DNA from: Geosiphon pyriformis uo1
Taxonomy: Eukaryota > Fungi > Glomeromycota
NCBI GenBank assembly: GCA_016748015.1
Contig: JAAOMT010000705.1
Span: forward strand, 4,502-68,501
Direction of reading: 5' to 3'
Length of the DNA stretch: 64,000 bases
Part shown: in pieces, positions 40,090 to 50,624 of the stretch
How positions within the stretch are numbered: the first letter of the stretch is position 1
Layout: every line of letters begins with the position of its first letter
Notes under the pieces: model-generated
The model's input: only the letters and a program-made list of their open reading frames with translations
What the model was told of the DNA's origin: nothing
The model's database searches: none
Made by a program: the position numbers and the translations under genes

Positions 40090-41445
40090 AATATGAGTCA
40101 TTTAAAATTTTAACAACAAAGATAATTAAAACAACTTATTACAAAGTATACTAATATATTTGCCAGAAACAATAATGATTTATGAAAAACTAATATTATC
40201 TAATATTAAATTTATACAAAAAATACTTTACTAAAATGATAATAAGCATACTAAATTCTATCTGCCAATCAATAATTCATTAAAAAAAAGTGCAACAGAT
40301 GTTCAAGATTGAACTAATTCAATCATTAAAAAATCTATAAATTTTATCTATTATACTTATTAAAAAAAATAGAAAAAATCAAATTCTGTGTTAATAATTG
40401 TCAACTTAATAGTATTATAATTAAAGATATTTACTTATTATCAAAAATTAACAATATATTAAATGTTTTAAAAAAAGCCAAATACTTCTTAACTTTAAAC
40501 TTAAAAAACAGATACTAATAAGTCAAAAAAATTTAAAAAACTGGCCAAAAACAGTATTTACTATCCAAAAAGAAAACTATGAATTTAATATAATGTTTTT
40601 GAACTTTGCAATACACCAGTAATATTTTAGTGACTTATAAATATTGTATATGAAAAATTCTTATAATAATCAATAATTGTTATATTAACAATATTAATAT
40701 TTATTTTTTAATCTTTGAAGCTTATTTAATTTACTTGTAAAAAGTTTTTTAATGATTACAAAAAGCGGAATTGAAGTTAAATATTGGCAAATATTATTTT
40801 AAAAAAACAAATTTGGTTTTTCTTGATCATATTGTTAGCAAAAATAAAATCAAGCCAGATTTTAAAAAAATTAGTACTATATAAAACTTCAAAGTTTTTT
40901 AAAATATTTTTGAATTAAGAGAATTAAAATTTTTTTTAAAATTGCTAAATTTTTTAACTACCTAACCAATAAAAATATAAAATATTAATAGAACTCTAAT
41001 CTAATAAAAAGTTTTTAATATATTAAAAATTGACAATAATTCTAATTCTTGTATACTTTGATTTTAATAAATAGTTCTAATTAGTTATTAATACTTTATA
41101 TATAGCATTTGGTATTATTTTATTATAAATAGATAATAAAAGCAATAAACATATTATTGCTTATATTATCAAAATTTTCAAATCTACAAAAACAAAATAT
41201 GAATTTATTAAATTAAAAACAACAGCTGTTATTTAAATCTTTAAGTATTTCTAATAAAACTTGCAAAAAGAACTAGAATTTACTATTATTACAGATAATA
41301 TTAGTCTTAAATAATTTAACAAAAAGAGTTTTGAACTCAGTGCCAAACAATTTTGATAGACTAATTTTCTAGCTAATTATAAATATATTGTTTATTTGAA
41401 ACCAAAAAAATTATATACAAATATTGATAATTTTTTAAGAATGAG
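40090..41445 (+). pseudogene. Gypsy reverse transcriptase and RNase H
   Basis: FCVNNCQLN, DIYLLSKINNIL, YFLTLNLKNRY, YEFNIMF, YINN at 40681-40692 (= YIDD), FLDHIVS. RNase H ..INTLY (TDAS), KLKTTAVI, ITDN, NIDNFLR (NADxLSR). Confidence 0.85.
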
Positions 41446-42453
41446 ACAAAATTAAATCAAAATTAAAAATTCATTAATTTAAACAAACAATAATCAACAA
41501 ACAATGAACTTTAAAAACTACAACAATATTAAAAATTATTTAAAAACTTTTATTATATTAGAAAATTTGTTTTTAAGTAAAAAACATCAAATATAATACC
41601 AATTAAAATAATATTTTCTATACTATAACAAAATTTATTATTAAAATTGCAAAAACTTAACAAATTTATTCAAAGTAGTTTAACAACATAAAAAAAACAA
41701 TTTTATATAATATATATAAATTTTTTATCAGCATATTTAAAAAAATAAGTACAATTTAAAGAATACTTGAATATTATTTTTGGTTTTATATACAAAAAAC
41801 ATTCAATAATATATAAAATTATGTAATAATTATTAAAAAAAAAGAAAAAACTTATTCCACTAAACTTTTAAATTCAATTAAAATTGAACAATCTTTTAAT
41901 AAAATTAATATTAATTTAATTAAATTATTTTTTATTATTAATTAAAAATATTGTTATATTACAGTTACAATAAATTATTTTATTAAATAATTTAAAATTA
42001 GAGTCATTTAAAAAGCAAATACAAAATTAATAGAATATTTTTTCTATGAAAACATTATTTGTAAACATAAATATCTAAGTGAATTTTTATCTAATCAAAA
42101 AACATATTTTTATAAAAAAAATTTGTAAACAATTTAATATTAAATAACTCTTATTATTACTTTATAATTTATAAATAAATAGATTAATAGAATAATTTAA
42201 CTAAATATTGTGTAAATTATTAACCAAAATTTAAACTAATTTTGAGCAAAAATAAGATATATTTTTATTTTATCAGTATTATTAGTATATAAAATATTAA
42301 AACAAAATACCACACCTGACAAATTCGATTCTCTCTCGTCGATCCCCTGACCACAATGAAAGTAAAAAATAATTTTGAAAAAATCGCTTTTTCTCTTCCC
42401 TTTCCCTTTAATCCCTGTTAACTATTTCTTCTAACTTACTTTTATTTGTTGTG

Positions 42454-44282
42454 ATGGAACCAGTGGGATCGTCTGCTGGTGGTTCTGGTTCAGGTTTGGC
42501 TGGTTTGGGAACCCGCCAGAGTGCTAAAAACAAGTGTATTGACATGGTCTACTCCCATGGTGCATCCTACAAAAAGCCTAAAAAGCCTGCAGCTGGTATT
42601 TTGATTGAGTTGTTTGCTAGTCCTCTATGTTTGGAAGATTTGAATGGTAATGATAGTAAGCCAGCAGTGTCTTGGGGAAGCAAAGTGATAGTGTTTTTGG
42701 CAGTGTAAGTGGTCTTTCAGATGTCAAGAGCTTGGAGAACTTGGTTGCCAAGGAGACAAGCTACATTGATTCAGGTGAGAATGACAAAATGAATGAAACT
42801 ACACTGTAAAGGACTCATACTTGAATGTATGTGTTAGAACAACTTCTTAAGGCACCTCTATTTGCTACTATAAATGACAACAATGACAATTCCATGTTAT
42901 TGCCTCCTAAAATCAATGGGTCCAATCAGCTGCTATCTTTTAAATCACATATTCTCGAGAGTCGTAGTTTCGGGCCAGTGAAATTGTTTGCTCTGGATGT
43001 GAATTTGTCAGCTGTTCCTGGCAGAACTAATAGTAATAAGCTTATTTCAATCAAAAAAATTTTTTACAAAATTGTTGTCAATAGTGATCTTAAAAAAGCA
43101 AACATTTGTTCAAATCAGGAAGTGATCATTAAGGAGATCCCAGTTGATTTTACAAAGTTGGCTGTGGAATCAGTTTTTTCTAAATTTGACAAGATTGTTT
43201 CCATCAGGATACAATTAATTGGTCTTTGGCAAAAAGCCCTGATTGAATTTGAGTCATCAGAAGTTGCCAGTTTGGTCACTTCTAAGTGGTCTGTTTTTGT
43301 GAGAAAGGATTTAGTTCGCGTAGCTCTGGCCATCAATGATAAGCAAACATGGGTGTCAAAAGATTGTCATCGGGTGTTGCTCTATACTCTTCCAGTTGGT
43401 ACTTCAGTCCATGATCTGTCTGATTTGTTGGTATTATATAGTGGGAAAACTTGTTTCATTGACTGCAATTCTGGTTCATATGTCCGTGATTAGTGTGTAA
43501 TTATTTGTTTTGAGAATGAGGATGCCAGATTGGCTGCTGTTAGTACTGTTTCAATTTTCAAGGGTGTTAGTTTGCATTGGGCTAGTCTTGTTTTGGCTAG
43601 CTGTACCAAGTGTGAACAGTTTGGTCATACCACTACTAACTGTTCTATGGGTGGAAGTTCTGGTGTTCATGAAAAGAGGGTAGTTTCTGATCAGAATCAG
43701 ATTTGTCTGGCTGGTATATATAAGAAAAAGTCGGCTCCTATTGCTTGTCTAGTTTCGTTTGGTGGCAAAACATGGGCCCAAGTTGCTAGTGGTATCTCTT
43801 TCTGTGTGTTTCTTTCTGGTTTTCCTGGGTCTGGTTTGTGTACTGGTTTGGTTCCTCCTTCAGCAGTCTCTAATCATCTTGTTGTTTCCTGTTTGAATAA
43901 TTGTTTGGTGGTTTTGGAATACTCTTTGAAGCTTTTGGCTGACCATGTTTTTGGCATTCTGGTTAAGTTGGATTTCTTTAGTGTGGTTTCTTTGGTTTCT
44001 TCTTTTCTGGCCCCCCTTTCTGTTGTTCATGCAGCTTTGAGTTCTGAAGTGAATTCAGATATGATTGTAGACAATACTTTGAGTTCTTCTGATATTACTC
44101 CTCCTGTCATTATTGATGCTGTTGTCGACCTCAGTGTTAGTAGTTCTAAGGTTTTTACTGCCAAGGTGGGTGGTTTAAAGACGAAATTGGTTGCTTTGAA
44201 GGCTTCAGTTGGTTCAGTTTTGGATAAGTTGAATCTTTTGTGCTCTGGTTTGGGTCTTTCAGCTCCCATGTCATCTCAATAA
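42454..44282 (+). pseudogene. LINE ORF1 (RRM domains, CCHC knuckle, C-terminal coiled-coil-like segment)
   Basis: ORF track 42451-42708, 42825-43493 (IIKEIPVDF...ESVFSKFDKIVSIRIQ...ALIEFES, RRM) and 43530-44282 (CTKCEQFGHTTTNC). Confidence 0.9.
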
Positions 44283-47200
44283 CTCACTTAATTTAGAGGA
44301 TTGCCACGTGCAATGTCAGAGGTATAAACAATTGTGCAAAGCAGACAGACATTGTTCATTGGCATAAAGATATGAACAATATGGTTTCTATTGTCGCTAA
44401 AACAAAGTTAAAGGGAAAAATTTGCCCTTGAATCACTGATAAGTTTGATGGTGTTTATGTTTTTATTTCTGGACTGAATTCTGGTCACATGGGATCTGGT
44501 GTTGCAATCATTTTGGACTCTTTTTTGGCAAAACATGTGTGTAAAGTTTCAGAGGTGCTGGTCGGCTTCTGTTAGTTAGATTGCTTTTTAAGAACAAACT
44601 CTCTGTGTCTATTCTGAGGCTGTATGCTGGTGCATCTTTAGCAATTTATTTTTCTCAGGCTGGTGAGATTAACTCTCTTATTGCTAAGGCTGTGAATAAG
44701 TCCTCCTTTGTTATTCTTGGTGGTGATTTTAATAAGAATGGTTTTCACAAGTGTGCAAGTTTCAAAAAATGTTTTAATTTGGGTTTGATTAACTCTCTGG
44801 AAGGGAGCTCTTTTGTAAAGTTACCCACTTGGTGCAATTTTTGTCATCACTAAAACGAGTGACTACATGCTCATTTTCTCTAATTTGGTTGGTACAGTGA
44901 TAGATCATGGTGTGGATGGTGTTGAAGACTATTTTAATACTGATCACAAAGCTGTGTCTGTTTCTGTGGGACTGGAAGGCCTGCTCAATGTCAAGCTAAA
45001 CTCACTGCACAAGCAAGCAAATAGAGATTGTTGGAAGTATGATATCAAAAATGCCAATGAGGTTAAGTGGTCTGAGTTTAGGGATGCTACAGCTGCTAAT
45101 GCTGTTATGTTCTTGGATGAGTTTGTTACAGCTAAGCAGTTTTCTGATCTAGATGCAATGTGGAATGTTGTTCATAAGATTATAGTTCTTTCGGCTGGTG
45201 GAATGTTTAAGAAAAAGTGGTCTAAGAGTTTTAATTGTGTTTTTAATAAGGTATCTTCCCAGTTTCATAAACTGGAGCTACTAGTGTCTAAACTGGTAAA
45301 GACTTTTCAGTTGGTTTCTGGCAGGAATTTTTTCTCATTGTTGAATACTTGGGACAGACTTGATTCTGTGAGTGCTTCACTAATGAAATCTCTGTTTTTT
45401 TTTGGCACTGGTTTTGATACAATCTATTCTGGGCTGGCTAAGGCAAGGAAGTCTTACTGCTCTTCTAAGTTGTTGAAATCTAAGTGTGCTGAAGAATTTA
45501 CTGTAAGGCAGGCTATTGAGAGGAGAATGTAGAGTTTTGAGGTGGATAAGGATCACACCATTAGAAGTGTTTTGGAGCGTTCTTTTTGTAAAGTGGTGTT
45601 GGATCATTTGGTGGATGGTAGGGAGTTGGTCTTGGAGCCTGAGTTAGTTAAATCTAAGGTGAATAAAATCATAGAGGGTTGAACTAGGAAATATGTGGTG
45701 GCTTCTGATATCTCTGGTGATTGGGCAAGGCAATTTCGGCCTTTAGATTATGTCTTCGATGGTGCCTTCTCTGATGTAATGCATTCAATCAGTTTTGATA
45801 AGATGTTTGGTGTTATTTCAAATTTGCCTGATGGGAAAGCAGCTGGTCTTTCTGGTATCACTAATGAACTTTGGAAACATTGTGACAAGTCGGTCTTAGA
45901 TATGCTTTTGGTGTTCTTAAATTTTTGTTTGGGTTGTGAGTTAGTGCCTGGACCTTGGAGAGAAGCCTGGATCTCAATAATTCCTAAACTTTACGAGTGG
46001 GAAGAGGTTCTTACAAATACCTGCCCCATTGCTTTGATTGAGACAGCTCACAAGGTCTTTTCCAAGATTTTTTCAGACTGGATCTCTCTGGCTTGTAGCA
46101 TTTTTGATGTCTTCTGTGGGAACAATTTCTCTGTTCTGAAAGGTATATCTACTCAATTGCCTATCTTTGCTATTGGTTTGATGATCGAAGATGCTTTAGA
46201 AAAGAACTGAGAGTTGTGGCTGGTTTTACAGGATATGTGCAAAGCTTATGATTCTGTTGGTTGAGAGCATCTCAAGAAAAATTTGATCAAGATCAAGATG
46301 TGTGACAAATTTATCAGATTTTTTGGTAGCATTCATAATGGTCGCACTAACAGAGTAATAATAGATTTTGGTTTGACTGATGGATATCATGTTTATGATG
46401 AATTGGATCAGGGGAAGATTTTTTTGCCACTTCTCTGGTGCATATTTTATGACTTGCTTTTATGTGAGGTTAAGAAACAAGAGAGCATTTGTGATTACAG
46501 GTTGATTTCTCATTTTGTTTCTAAGACTGGCTGGGTGGAATCTCAAGCTGGACTGATGTCATTTCTGGCCACTGGTGCTTTTGTTAATGATACCATCTGG
46601 GTCAGCAGCAGCCAGGTTGCTATACAACACATTTTCAATGTTGCTAGTGATTTCTTTCATTTAAATGACATTTCAATAAATAATGACAAGACTGTAGCCA
46701 TTCTTATCAACTGTTAGGTCATTACTCCTTATCTAATTATCAGTGGTCTGCCAATTTCCATTGCTAAAAGAGGTGAACCTCATCATTATCTGGGAATTTT
46801 TTTGTTTTCTGAAAGTCTTTCAAAGCCTAGCTTGGTTAAGGCACATTTGGATGTTGGTTTTTTGTCAATCACGTTCTAAGAAAAGTTATTTCAGATAAAC
46901 AGTTTGCTTATTTGGTGTCTTCAATTCTCTTTCCAATCGTCAGCTACAGAACTCAGTTCAGTTTTATTCTTCTCAGTGTATGTAATAAATGAGACACTTT
47001 GATTTGCAAGGGCCTGAAATTCAAATCTGGGCTGCCTCTGGACTTTTCCAATGATGTGCTTCATTATTCTTTCTTGTACAATTTAAAAACATTTGAGCAG
47101 ATTTAGGCTGAAAGCAAGTCAGCTTTTGTCATTGCTTTTGCGAATTTGGTTGGTGTTTTGGGTCGCTTGTTTTCTTATAGGTCTTACAATCTCCAAATTC

Positions 47201-48962
47201 TCAGCTGGCATTCTCATCACCCTTTGTTGTTTCCTGTTCATGTTAGAGTCAATCCTTCAAACAACTTTTTGGCAGGTGTGATTTGTATTTTTTCTGGGTG
47301 TAATTTATCTTTGAATGGCTCTTTGGCTGGTGCTTTTCATCTTCAGAGTGGTACTCCTATGTTTCTAGTTCTCAGTGAGACAATTTTCTTCAAATGTGTC
47401 TCTTTCCTTAGGTGTTATAGTATTGCTTTTATAGAACAGCTTTGTGACCGTAATAGTGTTGTTTTTGATTGAAAGACTTTCAAGCATTGGAAAAGACTGG
47501 ATTTTTGTGGCCTATTTCCCTTCTGGTTTGATTTCTCTGTTTGTTTTCTTAGTGGTGTTGCTTTTCCTTCTGGTTGTTTTTCTTATGAAAGTGTTTATGG
47601 CTCTTTTGACATCCGTTAGTCTCTTGGTTTTGGTGTTATTTGTAATGATCTGTTGAATGTTGGTGCCGCCTGCCTCTCTGTATACACAGATGAATCTCTG
47701 AGTGATTTGGGTACTGTTGACATATTGGCTGGTGCTGTGGTTTTCTTTGAGGACATTGATTCAAGTCTGGATGTGAGAGTTTCTGGTTTGGTTTCTTCTA
47801 CTTTGGCAGAGTTACAGGCCATTGCTTTAGCTCTTAAGTGTGTTTTTTTTTTCATTCAGTTGACTTGTTCTCGGACAGCCAAGTGGCTTTAGATGCTTGC
47901 AGGTCGGAGTCTTTATCGGTTGGCCCTGATTTCAGGAATTGTTGTTGGATTGAGTATCATCATATCGCCAATGTCATTTGTTGCAAAAATTTGGATGTTA
48001 ATTGGATTAAAATTAAGGGCCATTCGGGCATTTCAGGCAATGAGCGGGCTGATGCGCTTGTAAAAAATGCTGTCCTTTCTGCCTGGCACCTGCTCCACTT
48101 GGTCAGTGAGAGGTTTTTGAAAGCTGGTGTTGATACGGTTTCTAGTAATTCGAGGCATTTTGTTCATGACGTATTTAGGTCAATCCATCACATGTATTGG
48201 GAGATTGGTTCTGGTTCCCAGGTGGTTTCAGGTTGTTTGTGTGCTAATATTGACTGGTTGAGGTCTTCTCTGGTGTGGCACCTGAATTCTCACATGGCAA
48301 CTGGTTTTACTAATATTTGGACAGCTGGCTTTCGTACATATTTCATGAAAGCCCTTTATTATCGCCTTCCTGTTTCTGTGCAAAAGCATCTGTATGATAG
48401 GGAGTATTTCAGTGTAGTTTGTTTGTTCTGTGGTGAGGTTGAAGTCTCAGATCATGTCTTTTCTTGCTCTTCTGACACTGATAATTGTGCCGGTTTGTTG
48501 GACACTTATGCAACTGCCTGGGAAGTGTGTTTTGGTTTGTTTTGCTCTTTTTTGTGCGTATTACAGTTGTTGTTGACTTGCATTTCAGATGTAACTGTTA
48601 GTACAGTCCTGTGTAAGGGCTTTGTTTTTGACAAATAGTATCACGAATCTGTTTCTGTTTACAAAGATCCTAAGGTGGCAGTAGTTAATGTTGTGAATTT
48701 TGTACATAAGTTTTGTCTTGTATTTCGTGATAGTATTTGGCTGGTTCATGCGAAACACTGGGCCATTATGGAGAAAAATAAGCTGATTCCATGTGATGGT
48801 TTCATTTTTGTTACTGTCTCTGGTTTTTTTATGTGGCTTTTGGCTGGGGTGATTAGGTTGTTGGGTGTTGCTGATGCACTTGGCATCAATTTTGGGTATT
48901 GTAAGCATTATTTGTTTTATGCAGGTGTTGGTGACATGGCTTCTGTTCATATAAGTGCATAG
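44279..48962 (+). pseudogene. LINE ORF2 (APE endonuclease, RT, RNase H, CCHC finger)
   Basis: Endonuclease: IATCNVRG, GGDFN, NTDH. RT: GKAAGLSG, IIPK, PIALIE, QDMCKAYDSV, QG..F.PLLW, FVND (= FVDD), YLG. RNase H: YTDES, AELQAI, SDSQ, WIKIKGHSGISGNERAD. Finger: CLFCGEVEVSDHVFSC. Confidence 0.93.
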
Positions 48963-50624
48963 TGTTGTTCTGACTAGTCTAAGTGTCTGGTCATGTATAA
49001 CAAAGGCATGATTCACATTTAATTTAGATTATTTGTATGATATATAGCACTAAGTGGCATTTAAACTTCACTCGTTAAACTTTAATAATAATAAAAAAAA
49101 CAAAATACAATAAAACATACATTATTTAATTTAATTTATAAGAGAACGGCAATATTATTAATTAATTTTATAGTAAAAATTTATTTAATACAATTAATTA
49201 CAGAAGAAAATTTTCAAAAAACACTTTAATAAAAAGCATATATTTTTCTTAGCACTTTAGAAAAAAACCAATAAATTACAACTATCTATATTAAATATTT
49301 CTAAGCTCAACAAAAAAATAACATAATAATAAACTGCCACTTATTATTAATAAATTTTAAATTAGAAACAAAGTTTTTTTATATAAAATTAAGATTAAAA
49401 AACAATAGAGTAAAAAATTTGATTATAAATAAAATAGATTATTCTATATTTACAAAGCTATAAGCAATAAATTATACAAATTAAGACTTAATAATAAAGT
49501 TCTAATAAAAGTTGTACATAGAAATTAATTGAAACACTATTACTTTAAAAACAATCTCAAATTATTAATTTTACAAATTAATATATATTTTCCTGTAATT
49601 AATTCCAAAAATATTTTTTAAAACTTAAAACCAATAATTATAATAAAACAACAACCAAATTTGAATATTAAACAAAAATAAGGAATAATTGCTAAAAAAT
49701 ATTAAAATAAAAAATATATAAAAACTTTTATACCAAAAATAAAATTTTTATTTTTTTCCGTAAAATTTTATTATTATTAATTTTTTTTTAAATATTTTAT
49801 AATAATTATTTTTTGAAAAATTTAACAATATTCTAAAAATTAATATTAACTTTAAAAACATTTCTTAATTTATTTATAATATTCAATAAAAGTCAAATTA
49901 ATTACATTTAGAAAAAAACTATAACTTTTAATAGTAAATAATTTTTTTAAATTATTAGTTTTATAAAAAAAACACAAGAAATTATTTTAAAATATATTTA
50001 CTAAAACTCTTGAAGCAAGCTTTGAAAGAAGACTAATTTTTTATCCCTATAGACATTTTTTCGAATGTTACAATACAACAAAAATTTCAATTGTGTCTTA
50101 ATAAAAATAATAAATATACTTCTATTTATTAATACTTTTAAATTAAGAAAACACTTTACCAAACAAAAACTGGAACTCAAAACAACAAATTTTACTTTTA
50201 AAGCAGTATAAAAACAAATACACAATAAATTCAAAACAACAATAGAACCAACAAATACTTATTACAAACTTAGAGCAGCTTATAGATTTTATAACTTATT
50301 CAATATTTGTAAAAGCATTTTACAAAATCTAATACTTTAACCAATAATAATACAATATATTAACAAGTTTACAAAACAAAAATTTTAACAATTTTTAGAC
50401 CAAATTACTTTAATAATTCTGGTTTACTATCTAAACATTATAAATAATACTTGAATTTTAATAAAACTCAATCTTAAGAAGAAAAGTATGTTATTAATAG
50501 AATTTTAGTAATTAAATTAACATAAAATTATTCTTATAATTTTTATTATTAGTTAAAATATATTATTATTATTTTAATTAGCACTTATTAATTAATCAAA
50601 TTATTAAATATTACTATTTAATCA

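Larger units (their letters stand above)
42311..49096 (+). mobile_element. Best-preserved full-length LINE (non-LTR retrotransposon with RNase H)
   Basis: Perfect 12-bp TSD aaaacaaaatac at 42299-42310 and 49097-49108, and a (TAA)n/A tail at 49083-49096. Two long ORFs carry scattered stops and frameshifts. Confidence 0.95.
41700..49560 (+). pseudogene. Gypsy integrase split by LINE (41700-42310 + 49097-49560)
   Basis: HHCC-like N-part, YENIICKH..SEFLSNQ.TYF, then VLLVYKILKQNT | IKHTLFNLIYKRTAIL contiguous across the insertion. GPF-like region near 49430. Confidence 0.8.
35864..50624 (+). mobile_element. Near-complete degenerate Ty3/Gypsy retrotransposon with dUTPase (interrupted by LINE 42311-49096; 3' LTR interrupted at about 50625)
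   Basis: Domain order gag-CCHC-PR-Cys-rich-dUTPase-RT-RH-INT-3' ORF-PPT (aagaagaaaagta, 50476-50488)-TGTTA (50489). Confidence 0.85.

Noticed and set aside
1-42000. Dozens of 60-150 aa K/I/N/F/L-rich ORFs in the ORF track as novel small proteins
   Set aside because: They are chance frames in extremely AT-rich decayed DNA or fragments of LINE/Gypsy ORFs.
42454-48962. Alternative genetic code or stop readthrough explaining in-frame stops
   Set aside because: All three stop types occur at Trp/Gln/Arg positions that differ among copies and come with frameshifts, so this is mutation rather than recoding.
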